Below are positions 1 through 9,119 of a stretch of 32,000 bases of DNA, in pieces (positions within the stretch are counted from its first letter, which is position 1; each line of letters opens with the position of its first letter). A model generated the notes under the pieces. The model ran no database searches. It was not told where the DNA came from and was given only the letters and a program-made list of their open reading frames with translations. The position numbers and the translations under genes were made by a program. The stretch lies in the NCBI GenBank assembly GCA_963747255.1, contig CAVVEG010000018.1:1-32000 (forward strand), in the 5' to 3' direction. This stretch comes from an uncultured Alphaproteobacteria bacterium (GTDB lineage: Bacteria > Pseudomonadota > Alphaproteobacteria > Micropepsales > Micropepsaceae).

Positions 1-34
1 GCCTTCGTCGCCGCGAAATGCGGCGCCTGCTTCG

Positions 35-1190
35 CTATTGGATGTGTCCGCCCGGAGCAAGACCGCTGGGCACGCGAGACGGGACCGACCTGTCGAATGA
101 ATTGTTACTCAGTGCGCCCAGAAAATCGACGATCTCGTCCACCGCGCGGCCCGGCCGGCGCAGTTGCCGGACGAGCGGGTCTATCTGCCGGCGCCCGACA
201 TTCGGATTGCGTGGTCCGCGACGATAAAATCGCACCACTTCCTGCAAAACCTGAAATGCACCGTTCTTGCGGATAGGGGGGTGGTGTATTGCAGATTTCT
301 GAGGGGAGGCGGTGGTGCGAAAGGCATAGGGATTGTCTTTGACGCCGGTATCCGATTCCGCCAGTTTTTCGTCGTCGGGCACGCCGAAGGACATGCGGTT
401 TAAAATCGGAGAAAACATTCGGTCATTGTGGCAATTGGTGTATTCGGTGCTTTCAAAGCGCTGGCATTCCCGCAATCTGGGCGTCCGTCATGGCGGTGCG
501 ATCGCCGCGCATATAGCGGTCAAAAGGGGCGTTGTTGGCGAGCAGCGTTCGCTCGAATGTGGCGAGCGCTTTGGCGCTACATGTCGCCGGCAGTGACCGT
601 ATTCGCGCCGCCGAAGGCTTTGGCGAACAGCGCGCGATATTCTGGTATCGCTTTCAAGCGGCCGACGACGGTATTGACGGCTTTGCCGGCAAGGAAGGCA
701 TTGCCTGCCATTTCCTCAAAGGTCTTGACTCCGCTCGACGAGGGCCTGCGCCTCAAGACTTGCCACGCGCATGTCCCATAATATCTGCGCAGCGGATGGA
801 TCGTAGCGGCCCTCTTCATCGATGCCGTTGAAGGCGACGTTCAGAAGCGTCTGGCTGTTTCTTTTGACGAACGGAATTGCGTTCTGTGATTTCGAAACGG
901 CGTTCCTTGCCGAGATTTGCGCTGTTCACCCCGACTGGCAAAGGTCGCGATTGTCCGTGTACGCAAACTGTGGATGATAACAGCCCGCGCAGGCCACGTC
1001 CTCGTCGCCCAAAGGGACCGGATCCCAGAACAGCAGCCTTCCCCAGCGCCGCCTTATCGGTGCCCGGCGGATTGTCCGGCGGCGCTTTCACGTCCTGCGG
1101 CAAAGCGGAGATCACGTCCTCCGTCTGACCTTGCCAAAGTGGGCAGAACACAAATAAAGAGCTGCAAGCCCGCCCCCGACGGGTAGAGGA
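35..1190 (-). pseudogene. Decayed di-haem cytochrome c peroxidase / MauG-family gene (multiple frameshifts and in-frame stops)
   Basis: Family-typical peptide blocks lie on the minus strand but are spread over all three frames. LLFWDPVPLGDEDVACAGCYHPQFAYTDNRDL is at ~941-1036. RNSQTLLNVAFNG..ILWDMRVASLEAQAL is at ~712-862 and ends in TGA. VGRLKAIPEYRALFAKAFGG is in ORF 577..819. LATFERTLLANNAPFDRYMRGDRTAMTDAQIAGM is at ~453-566 and ends in TGA. NGAFQVLQEVVRFY and VDEIVDFLGALSNNSFD..VPSGLAPGG are in ORF 35..475. Both expected CXXCH haem motifs are altered (CAGCYH and YTNCH). The 5' limit is approximate. Confidence 0.75.
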
Positions 1191-1496
1191 TAGTCGCCTT
1201 TCCTGAACATGCAGCAGCCCTGCGCTCATATCGCCCCTGGTCTGGCCATGATTTCCACAGCGTCGTCTCAAAATTCCGCCCTTCTGGCAATAGGGCTGTG
1301 GACGTCTGCCGGATGGCTCCCGGGCAGGAACCGTTTTCAGGTCGGTCGCGGCGCCCGGCCTGCCTGTCCTTCACCACCAGTTACGGTGAGGCACAGGCGA
1401 CCTCGGTGAGGGCTGATGGTCTGCCGTTGGAGGGGCCGCCCTGGGAAAGATTATATTGCCGGGTACGACTGAGATACGGTGACCCGCGTCAACTGC

Positions 1497-2420
1497 ATGG
1501 GCAGTCGGGGGGAGAGACTCACGTTTTGCACCCAATGCGGCGCGTCCAATCCAGATAATGCTTCCTTTTGCAGCGCCTGCGGAAAACCGATGGCGGTTCC
1601 GCCGACACAACCGATTCCGCCGCAACGCCACTCTCATACGCTTCGAAACTTAACATGGATCGCCGCCGCCGCTGCTGCAACAATCATTGCGGCGGTGGCA
1701 TTGTCGGGACCCGGCCTGTTCCCGGGACCAAGTCCAGAGGATTTGCTGGTAATGGCGGGGACGGCATTCGCGCACCAGGACGCGCAGGCCTTCGACAATT
1801 ATGTGGACGTCCAGAGCGTTCTTGGCGATTGGACCGATCAAGCCGCCAGCAGCTGGCTCGCCAACAACAGCAGCAGTGTCGGGGACACTCTGATAGCAAA
1901 CGGTATTGTCACGGGGTTCAAGTCTCTTATCTTGCCGCAGTTCGTTGCTTCTGTAGAACAGGATTTCCTGAGAAATCGCGTCCCCGATCAACCGCAAGCC
2001 TCGAACTCCGACAATGCAACAAACTACATGACGCTTTTTCTCACGAATGGTGTCCGTGCCCTGATTGCTTCTCAAATCAGTTACGAGGGAATTGCTTCAC
2101 AATCGAGGTCTGGTTCCGATGCCGTTCTCGATGTGCGAGTTCGATCACCTCTCAGCAACAGCCCCTTGCTTGTACGCGTTGATATGAGACGGGCGGGGGA
2201 TCACTGGCGAATTGTCTCCATTCCAAACGTTGCCGGATTGCTGACGCAGCTGCATAGCGCGGGCAGTAATTCCACGCTCGAATTGCCGCGGGCAACGGTC
2301 CCATCGCCCGCTCCGCCAACGGCCCCTTCGCTCGCTGCTCCAACTGTCGCTTCTCCTCCCACGCCTTTTCCCGACGATCCGATAGGCTCCGGCGGTTTCA
2401 TTACGCCTCCTGACAGGTAA
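1497..2420 (+). CDS. Zinc-ribbon domain membrane protein (hypothetical)
   Basis: ORF 1479..2420. The N-terminus has CxxC-x10-CxxC (FCTQCGASNPDNASFCSACG), then one hydrophobic helix (WIAAAAAATIIAAVALSG), a ~200-aa extracytoplasmic domain and a Pro-rich tail. The start is either GTG 1479 or ATG 1497; I list the ATG. Confidence 0.6.
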   Translation: MGSRGERLTFCTQCGASNPDNASFCSACGKPMAVPPTQPIPPQRHSHTLRNLTWIAAAAAATIIAAVALSGPGLFPGPSPEDLLVMAGTAFAHQDAQAFDNYVDVQSVLGDWTDQAASSWLANNSSSVGDTLIANGIVTGFKSLILPQFVASVEQDFLRNRVPDQPQASNSDNATNYMTLFLTNGVRALIASQISYEGIASQSRSGSDAVLDVRVRSPLSNSPLLVRVDMRRAGDHWRIVSIPNVAGLLTQLHSAGSNSTLELPRATVPSPAPPTAPSLAAPTVASPPTPFPDDPIGSGGFITPPDR

Positions 2421-2437
2421 ACCCTGCGGCGGAAATC

Positions 2438-2725
2438 ATGTGGTTTCGTTCAGCGAAGAAAATCGATGTTGCGGCGCTTCGACAAAGCGCGCTGTCAGTC
2501 CTGGTGCAAGCCGGGACCCTGCGGGAGTGTGAGCATCATAAGGGTAGTTACATCCAGGGGACGTGCGATCTGGCAGCCGCATATACGGTCGCGAATGCCG
2601 AGTTTACAAAAGGCACCTTCGGTCCGATGAGTCCTGAATTCCGGAACGGACTGATCGATGCAATCAAAAAAGCATACGGCGAAAACATGTTTTTTGACCG
2701 CTGCGAGAAATGCCGTGGTTCCTGA
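2438..2725 (+). CDS. Small hypothetical Cys/His-containing protein (95 aa)
   Basis: The ORF starts 17 nt after the zinc-ribbon gene on the same strand. It contains CEHH..C and a C-terminal CEKC. The amino-acid composition is balanced and the GC looks slightly lower than in neighbouring genes. I recognise no family. Confidence 0.45.
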   Translation: MWFRSAKKIDVAALRQSALSVLVQAGTLRECEHHKGSYIQGTCDLAAAYTVANAEFTKGTFGPMSPEFRNGLIDAIKKAYGENMFFDRCEKCRGS

Positions 2726-2766
2726 GATGAAGTGGTCCGCCGCAGCAGGTATGCGCCGCGCTGCCT

Positions 2767-3321
2767 CTACGGGGCGCCATATTCGATCGACAGCACTTCG
2801 ATCGTATCCAGCCCTGACGGCGTACGGAACTCGATAACGTCGCCGACCTGTGCTCTCATCAAAGCGCGTGAGACCGGTGACAGCCAGCTGATCTTGCCGT
2901 TCGCGAGTTCGGCTTCGTCAACCCCGACAATCGTCACCTTCTGCAGCGTTTTGTCTCTTCGCGCATATTCGACGGTGGCCCCAAAAAACACCCGGTCACG
3001 GTTTTTCTGACGGTTTGGATCGACCAGCTCGGCGCTCTCGATGCGTTTCGAGAGATAGCGCAGGCGATGGTCGATTTCGCGCAGGCGCTTCTTGCCGTAA
3101 ATGTAATCGCCATTTTCCGAGCGGTCGCCATTGCCGGCCGCCCAGGACACGGTCTCGACGATTTTGGGCCGCTCGTCATAACGAAGCCGGTGGAATTCCT
3201 CCTGAAGCGCCGCCAATCCCGCCGGAGTGACATAGTTTTTCACATGGGCGGGAAGGGCATCAGCCTCTTCGGCCTCGCCATCCGCGCCGTCTGTCTCCTT
3301 GGTGAACGCTTTGCTCATCAC
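2767..3321 (-). CDS. greB: Transcription elongation factor GreB
   Basis: 184 aa carrying Gre-family hallmarks: [74 protein letters not shown]. This is close to the E. coli GreB pattern ([31 protein letters not shown]). Confidence 0.9.
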   Translation of the reverse strand: [184 protein letters not shown]

Positions 3322-3590
3322 GGAAAGAATACACGAATGTCCGGAGCGCGCCGATCGCCTCCTGGGCTACCATTATGGTCAATGCCAAAGACTGATCTCG
3401 CATCGCACCATCCGCCAACACAAAAAATTGGCGAAAGCATCACGCCGTCCAAGTCGCGGCGTGTCTGGGAATGGTTCGTCACCGCGCGGCTCTCGCGTCG
3501 TGCGTCCGGATCACTGCCGGCGCGCTAACAGATGCGCACGCCGGATGGTATAAGCCGGTCCGCGAAACCCCCGCGGGATTCCAAATCGCC

Positions 3591-4226
3591 ATGAATGAAT
3601 TTGTCAGTCGAAGTGCGGTGAGTTTGGCCGTCATGGCGCTGTTTGCGCCTCCCGCTTGTGCTCAGGCCAGGCTTACCGGTGATGCTGCGGTGCTCGCCGA
3701 CAGTATTACCGCTCTGCAAGGCGCCGCGGCGCCGCTGCGCGTAACATCCAGCTCGTTCACACCCAGCCCGCGCGACACCACTCCCGGCACGCTCAATGCC
3801 AAATTCACGGCGGACGGAAACAACATATCACCCAGCCTCTCGTGGACCGGAGGCCCCGCTGGTACGCGGTCCTATGTCGTGTTGACGGAAGGCATCGACG
3901 TCGTCGATGGCCATCCTGTGCCACACTGGGTGATCTATAATATTCCTTCCACGACGACGACTCTTCCAGAACACGTTCCAGCCGATATGCACCTGGAAAG
4001 CGGTGTCCTGAAAGGCGCCATGCAGGTCAAGCTTCGCGGCGCGGCCGGGTATGCCGGGCCCCGCGCGCCGTCAGGTGCGACCCGCTGGTATCATTTTGAG
4101 GTCTTCGCGCTGGACACGCATTTGAACCTGGATCCCGCCGCTGCGGACCGCCAGGCCGTCGTGAATGCAATGAAGAATCATGTGCTGACGTCAGGTGAAA
4201 TCATCACCAACTCCACTGGCAAGTAG
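3591..4226 (+). CDS. YbhB/YbcL (PEBP / Raf-kinase-inhibitor-like) family periplasmic protein
   Basis: In frame within ORF 3471..4226. ATG 3591 gives a signal peptide (MNEFVSRSAVSLAVMALFAPPACAQA). PEBP-like blocks are present: ISPSLSWTGGPAGTRSYVVL, HWVIYNIP, GYAGPRAP, RWYHFEVFALD. Confidence 0.85.
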   Translation: MNEFVSRSAVSLAVMALFAPPACAQARLTGDAAVLADSITALQGAAAPLRVTSSSFTPSPRDTTPGTLNAKFTADGNNISPSLSWTGGPAGTRSYVVLTEGIDVVDGHPVPHWVIYNIPSTTTTLPEHVPADMHLESGVLKGAMQVKLRGAAGYAGPRAPSGATRWYHFEVFALDTHLNLDPAAADRQAVVNAMKNHVLTSGEIITNSTGK

Positions 4227-4283
4227 CCACTTCCAGTCGCGCACGGAATTCATGCTCACGCCAGAAAACCGGGGCCAGGCGCA

Positions 4284-5570
4284 TTGACGGACGAAGCGGT
4301 TTTCCGGAAATGCGCATGGCGGTTGCTGCCGCTGATCACTGCGTCCTTTTTCATCAATTTTCTCGATCGGACAAATGTGGGCTTTGCCGCGCTCACCATA
4401 AATCGGGAACTGGGATTCACGCCTTCAGTTTACGGCCTCGGCGCCGGCATCTTCTTTATCGGTTATTCGATTTTTCAGATTCCGGCGAATCTGATGCTGC
4501 ACAGGATCGGCGCACGCCGCTGGCTTTTCCTGATTCTTGTCGCATGGGGAGCGACGGCGGCGGCTACCGCATTGGTGAGAGATGCGATGAGTTTCTATGT
4601 GCTGCGATTTCTGGTTGGTATGGCGGAAGCCGGATTCTTTCCCGGAATCATTCTTTACCTGACGTTCTGGTTTCCCAAACGCCATCTGGGCCGCTTCACC
4701 TCGATCTTCATGTGCGCAAATCCCGTCTCGTTTGTGATCGGCGGACCGATTGCGAGCGCCATTCTTTCCCTGGACGGAGCGGCCGGACTGCGGGGCTGGC
4801 AGTGGCTCTTCATCCTCGAAGGATTACCAGCATGCGTCGCCGGCATCGCGATTCTGAACCTGCTTCCGAGCGGTCCGACGGATGCTTCCTGGCTCACGGT
4901 CAATGAGCGCCGTTTCGTCTCATCATCGGTGGCGGCTGAACAGGCCGGCAAAGAGGAACGATTATTCCCTGCCTTGCGCGATCCCCGTGTGAGCGCATTG
5001 GCTATCGCTTATGGCGGCATCCTGTTTGCCATCTATGGATTCAGCTTCTGGCTGCCTCTGCTGGTCCAGACGGCAGGTTTTTCCACGACCGCTACCGGAT
5101 TCGTGGTCGCGTTGCTTTATGTCACGGCGGCGCCGGCAATGATTCTCTGGGCCCGGTTCAGTGACCGCAGGGGCGAACGCATCTGGCATCCGGCCCTGGC
5201 GGTATTGGTTGCTGCCCTCGGTTTGCTTATCGCAAGCACTGTGAACAACAGCGTCGTCATGCTGGTGAGTCTGGCGCTGACAGGCACGGCCATGTATTCG
5301 GCACTGACGCCATTCTACGGTCTCGCATCATCGCTCCTGAGTGGCCCGGCAATGGCTGGTGGAATTGCGCTGATCAACATGGTTGGTGGAATTTTGGGCG
5401 GTTTTGCCGGCCAATATGTCATCGGCATTGTCCGCGCAAAAACCGGCAGCTATGGACCCGCATTGGTGATCATTGTGGCTTCACTCGTGGTCGCCGCACT
5501 GATCATAATTGCGCTGGGTCGCGTAATGAACCCGCACCTGAAGGGCCGGTTGACAGGCGCGGAGGGTTAA
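4284..5570 (+). CDS. MFS transporter (anion:cation symporter/ACS-like, tartrate/galactonate-transporter-like)
   Basis: 428 aa with a TTG start. N-terminal ACS-type pattern: FRKCAWRLLPLITASFFINFLDRTNVGFAAL..GYSIFQIPANLMLHRIGARRW. About 12 hydrophobic segments. Confidence 0.85.
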   Translation: MTDEAVFRKCAWRLLPLITASFFINFLDRTNVGFAALTINRELGFTPSVYGLGAGIFFIGYSIFQIPANLMLHRIGARRWLFLILVAWGATAAATALVRDAMSFYVLRFLVGMAEAGFFPGIILYLTFWFPKRHLGRFTSIFMCANPVSFVIGGPIASAILSLDGAAGLRGWQWLFILEGLPACVAGIAILNLLPSGPTDASWLTVNERRFVSSSVAAEQAGKEERLFPALRDPRVSALAIAYGGILFAIYGFSFWLPLLVQTAGFSTTATGFVVALLYVTAAPAMILWARFSDRRGERIWHPALAVLVAALGLLIASTVNNSVVMLVSLALTGTAMYSALTPFYGLASSLLSGPAMAGGIALINMVGGILGGFAGQYVIGIVRAKTGSYGPALVIIVASLVVAALIIIALGRVMNPHLKGRLTGAEG

Positions 5571-5951
5571 CCATGCTGCGTTCTGCGCAGCTGAGTTCAT
5601 GGCCGCAGGATTTCCGGTTCATCAGTCTCCGGCGACCCCTCAATCATTGGCAGCAGCACCCGCCGCAATGCCGACTCCGGAAGGATAGGCAACTTCAAGC
5701 AGGAGGCCGGCCGCATTAAAAAACGCGAAACGCAGGGTCTGGGGGCAAGTTTTTCGATCCAGGTCTTCTCAGTCACTCGCCTATAAGATCCGTGTCCGGA
5801 TCTGACGCACTGATTTTGTGGCCAGCCACGATTGAACCGTTCAACGGGCGATTCCGATAAATTTCGGAATGAGCATCTATTCAGCAGTCCGGTAGGCGGG
5901 CCGGATAATCGAAGCAAACGGGGCCCGCGGATTAGGCCAGTTCGCTAACAG

Positions 5952-7649
5952 CTATTTCAGCTTGAAAACAACTTCAGCGGTCAGGAATTCGGCAATGGGC
6001 TTTCCGTCCTGCATCGCCGGCTTGAATTTCCAGCGCCGCTTCACCATCGCGCAGGCTGCATCGTCAAGCAGCGGTTTGCCACTCGGCGCGGTCACATTGC
6101 AGTCGCCCACCGAGCCGTCTTCCCTGACCAGATATTTGACCATGACATTGCCTTGCTCCTGCAGACGTATTGCGATCAGCGGATAGTCAGCCGCCGTAAC
6201 AGCATGACTGTTGATCGCTACCGGAAGTGTCGGCAGGGGTGGCGCCGGTGGCAGTACCACCTGCACCACCGGCGGAGGAACCGGATGATCGGGCGCCGGT
6301 GGTGGACGTGCCGCTTCCACCACCGGCGAAGCGGTCTCAGGGCCGGGCAGCGGTGGTTGGGGTGCCGCCCTCGCCGCCGGGATGGCCTCGGGGCCAGGCG
6401 GTGTCAGTGCCGGGGGTAAGGCGGTGATCGCCGGTGGAGGAGGGGGCGCCTGGAGTGAGGCCGTGATCGTCGGAGAAGGTGCCGGTCCCGTCAGATCGAC
6501 CGCCAAGTCCGGCACGACTGTGGCCGGCGCCTCCGGGGGAGCAGGACGTTCGATGCGATCATCACTGATCGAAACATTGAGATTGGCGCCTGGCGACGCA
6601 ACGGTCGCGACGTCGTTCGAAGAGACCGGACCTTCCCCCGACGCCGGAACCAACCCGGCTTGCCTGACAATATTCTGCCCTTCGGGCGAAATGGCAAATC
6701 GCACAAAGCCTGTCACTGTGGGATTCCGGGGGGCAGCAGCGGTGTAGAGGTAGACTGGCCGTAGCAGCGGTGCGGCCCCTTCATCACTGATGGAAACCGC
6801 ACGTGTGTCCTTAACGTAAGGCATGCTGACAAAACCGATGCCACCGGGATCGCCCGCAAGATCGGATTCCAGCTCCGCGCTGTCTTCATAGCGTTTTGCA
6901 TTCGCCATCGAATCATCGCCGAGAACGAGCGCAGCGAACTCGTCATTAATGCGGGAGTTCTCGTCGCGCGCGTAGAGGTGGATGGGCAGTTGCTTCCTGC
7001 CAACGGCGGACCAGTTCGTTATCTGGCCGGCGAAAATTTTCTTGAGACTACTCCTCGATAGCGAGGAAATAGCATTCGAACGAGGGACAATCACCGCAAT
7101 GCCTTCAAGGCCGAGCACATGTTCCGAAGCCTGAGAACGCATGTCGCCGAGCGACTTCAGCAGCGTCAACTCGGAGGAATTGATCTCCCGGGATGTTATT
7201 CCAATATCGGCATCGCCCCTGAAGATATCTTTGAATACATTGGCCGAGCCGCGGTCATTCAGCTCCACCACAACCTGGACTCCGTTTATCCTGCCAGTTA
7301 TGACAGATCCAATGATTCGATTGCTATCGCTTCCAACACGCTCCTTCTGTTCAATGTCTGAGGCGCCAATCGAGACCAGCCAGGATGTTACGAGCTTCGG
7401 TGCGAGTACTGACGCGATTGTCTTCGAACCGGACAACCGAAGTATGGATCTATCTATATTCGCCGTCACACCTTGCGGTGGTGCAACTTTGGCCGACGGC
7501 CAGTTCGCCCAGGCGAAGCTGGCGGCCGTGACGATCAGTGCGCCGAATGCAATTCGCAAAATCCATTTTCGTCCCGGTACCACATGATACGTTTTCGCTG
7601 AGACCGCCGCCGCCAGTATCGTTGGAATGCCGAGAAAGAGTTTCCCCAT
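5952..7649 (-). CDS. Fusion protein: membrane anchor + PstS-like (PBP-like_2) periplasmic binding domain + Pro-rich spacer + TonB C-terminal domain
   Basis: ORF 5952..7706. I prefer ATG 7649 because the minus strand reads TAGGAGGGGAGTGCAG-ATG there (strong SD). PstS-like blocks: LRLSGSKTIA, GDADIGITSREI, EHVLGLEGIAVIV, SLKKIFAGQITNWSAVG, PGGIGFVSMPYV, RPVYLYT. A Pro-rich tract of about 110 aa follows. TonB_C block: YPLIAIRLQEQGNVMVKYLVREDGSVGDCNVTAPSGKPLLDDAACAMVKRRWKFKPA. Confidence 0.8.
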   Translation of the reverse strand: MGKLFLGIPTILAAAVSAKTYHVVPGRKWILRIAFGALIVTAASFAWANWPSAKVAPPQGVTANIDRSILRLSGSKTIASVLAPKLVTSWLVSIGASDIEQKERVGSDSNRIIGSVITGRINGVQVVVELNDRGSANVFKDIFRGDADIGITSREINSSELTLLKSLGDMRSQASEHVLGLEGIAVIVPRSNAISSLSRSSLKKIFAGQITNWSAVGRKQLPIHLYARDENSRINDEFAALVLGDDSMANAKRYEDSAELESDLAGDPGGIGFVSMPYVKDTRAVSISDEGAAPLLRPVYLYTAAAPRNPTVTGFVRFAISPEGQNIVRQAGLVPASGEGPVSSNDVATVASPGANLNVSISDDRIERPAPPEAPATVVPDLAVDLTGPAPSPTITASLQAPPPPPAITALPPALTPPGPEAIPAARAAPQPPLPGPETASPVVEAARPPPAPDHPVPPPVVQVVLPPAPPLPTLPVAINSHAVTAADYPLIAIRLQEQGNVMVKYLVREDGSVGDCNVTAPSGKPLLDDAACAMVKRRWKFKPAMQDGKPIAEFLTAEVVFKLK

Positions 7650-7781
7650 CTGCACTCCCCTCCTAACTTCAATTATACGACGTGGCCGGGTCCGCCACGG
7701 CCGCATAGCTGAGCCTAAGCTGCCAACGCTGCGAATTAGCTCATGAAAAGGATAAAATTTTCACATTGCTCGCCAATGCAG

Positions 7782-7805
7782 TGGCAGTCTCGACAGCGAT
7801 TCGAA
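7782..7805. other. Degenerate copy of the tRNA-Gly 3' end (possible distal att remnant of the island)
   Basis: TGGcagtctCGAcaGCGATTCGAA at 7782-7805 compares with TGGagcgggCGAgGCGATTCGAA at 11416-11438, the 3' end of the tRNA on the plus strand. A 10-nt exact core GCGATTCGAA is at 7796-7805. It coincides with the visible drop in GC. Confidence 0.35.
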
Positions 7806-7883
7806 ACATTGGCATTCCGCTCGCGACGACGCGAAGCGGCTCGCGCTGAGTGATGCTTAGACCTTTTTAAATGCGCGCAGTAT

Positions 7884-8093
7884 TTAACGCCGAAGGCTTT
7901 GTTGTTGTTCTTGCGTTTCTTGCCGCTGGTGGCCCTCGAGAACGTTGTGGGTATTCCAAGACGTATCGGAGTGCCGGATGCGGTCAGGATTGATGTTGAG
8001 CGATAGGGCTACAGCTTCCCAGTTCTTCACTGATGGGATCAGCCTCCACTTTGCCCAGTTCGGCGATCTGTCTGTCGAGAGCACGCGCTCCAC
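7884..8093 (-). CDS. Hypothetical small protein (69 aa, GTG start), possibly an N-terminal gene fragment
   Basis: ORF in the AT-richer island. Its start codon lies inside the duplicated leader element. A GC hairpin (CCGCTTCGCG-tcgt-CGCGAGCGG, ~7813-7835) lies downstream. No family recognised. Confidence 0.3.
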   Translation of the reverse strand: MERVLSTDRSPNWAKWRLIPSVKNWEAVALSLNINPDRIRHSDTSWNTHNVLEGHQRQETQEQQQSLRR

Positions 8094-8144
8094 ACGATGC
8101 TTTCCACACAGGAAAGGATGCCGGCAGTTCGTGTGGAGCGGAGG
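8082..8144 (-). repeat. Duplicated leader element, copy A
   Basis: About 80% identical to 11105-11171, including the identical 14-mer CGTGTGGAGCGGAG. It contains CTCCACAC (8088-8095), TTCCACAC (8102-8109) and the inverted GTGTGGAG (8131-8138). It overlaps the GTG start of ORF 7884..8093. Confidence 0.7.
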
Positions 8145-8278
8145 TTAAAATGCGATGATTTGCCGGTTATTCAGGTGGTAGTTTGCCGAGCGCACTGAGT
8201 GTGGGTACTTCGTGGCGGAATGTTAGGTACTGGCCGCCTGATTCGGCCGGTACCGGAATAGGGTCGGCGGGGTGACTG

Positions 8279-8728
8279 ATGGCCTCAATCGGAACGCTAC
8301 CTCTGGAGAATGACAAAGGCTCGACCTCTGTAGGATTTTGGCTGAAGTCGGATGCAATTTCTGACGTTCGGCGTCCATTGGACAACGGTTGGACGGTCGC
8401 CATTGACGCAAAACAGGATTGTGTTGCCGCAACTATAAAGGAAATCAGTGTGCTGCACGAACTCATTGAGCGCGGGCGTGATGCCATCGAGGAAACACTG
8501 GACCTCCTTTGTTTTGTTCGTAATGAACCGACCGAACTTAAGCCGGAAAGCGGCGATATGTTCGTCTTGAGTACTGAGAATGGCAGGCGCGTTTTTACCT
8601 ATCGGACCGTGCTTCCGTGGGAAGTGCGGGTGGGAAGCCTCTCGATTACCGTCACAGATGCCAACGGGAACGTGCGCCCTCCAACAAAAACTAAAATTAC
8701 ATGGCAAACTGATCGTGCATCGGTCTGA
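8279..8728 (+). CDS. Hypothetical protein (149 aa)
   Basis: The composition looks more protein-like than the overlapping minus-strand ORFs (8167..8487, 8297..8770). An in-frame TGA 6 nt upstream fixes the start at ATG 8279. No family recognised. Confidence 0.4.
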   Translation: MASIGTLPLENDKGSTSVGFWLKSDAISDVRRPLDNGWTVAIDAKQDCVAATIKEISVLHELIERGRDAIEETLDLLCFVRNEPTELKPESGDMFVLSTENGRRVFTYRTVLPWEVRVGSLSITVTDANGNVRPPTKTKITWQTDRASV

Positions 8729-9119
8729 GGGGCGTGGAGACAATGGGCTTTGCACTCCACGTGCTGTCACGCCCGCAGTTCGCGCAGAAATGCTTCCTGT
8801 GCGGCGTCCGCGCGAAATCTCCTAAATCGAGATGGGGATAGCCACAATTTGTGCAGTTCACGCAATCCATCTCCTGGCCTTCCTCCAGCGACCGCACGAA
8901 TTCAAACGCGGCTGGTGGTGTGACGTTCACTGTCTTTAGCTGCTCATTTCGCGCATCGATGGCGGAACTTACCTTTTCAGCAACCGTGTTGACATTCTGC
9001 GGTTCGGCATCGGGTTGCCCGTCCGGCTTCGGCAGATCGGTAACCCGGACTATGATGTTTCCAGTGCTGCGCTGTCTTTCGGCCTTCGCAAATGCCTCTG
9101 CTTGTCTAAGGGCGCACGG
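8697..9119 (-). pseudogene. 3' fragment of an island gene adjoining the IS; C-terminal zinc-ribbon-like motif
   Basis: The minus-strand frame is open from the IS left end (stop only at 9120-9122) down to 8697. The first 63 codons contain no ATG, GTG or TTG, which argues for a truncated gene. The first possible start is GTG 8930. C-terminal motif: CVNCTNCGYPHLDLGDFARTPHRKHFCANCG. Confidence 0.45.

Noticed and set aside
3471-3590. Longer start (3471) for the PEBP-family gene
   Set aside because: ATG 3591 gives a canonical signal peptide. The upstream extension is Arg-rich and would bury it.
5571-5951. 380-bp convergent intergenic region with ORF 5597..5917 (-) and hairpin ATTCCGA-taaatt-TCGGAAT (~5851-5870)
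   Set aside because: The ORF has no recognisable motifs and an odd composition. The hairpin has no U-tract or partner feature. I cannot support a gene or ncRNA here, although an sRNA cannot be excluded without transcript data.
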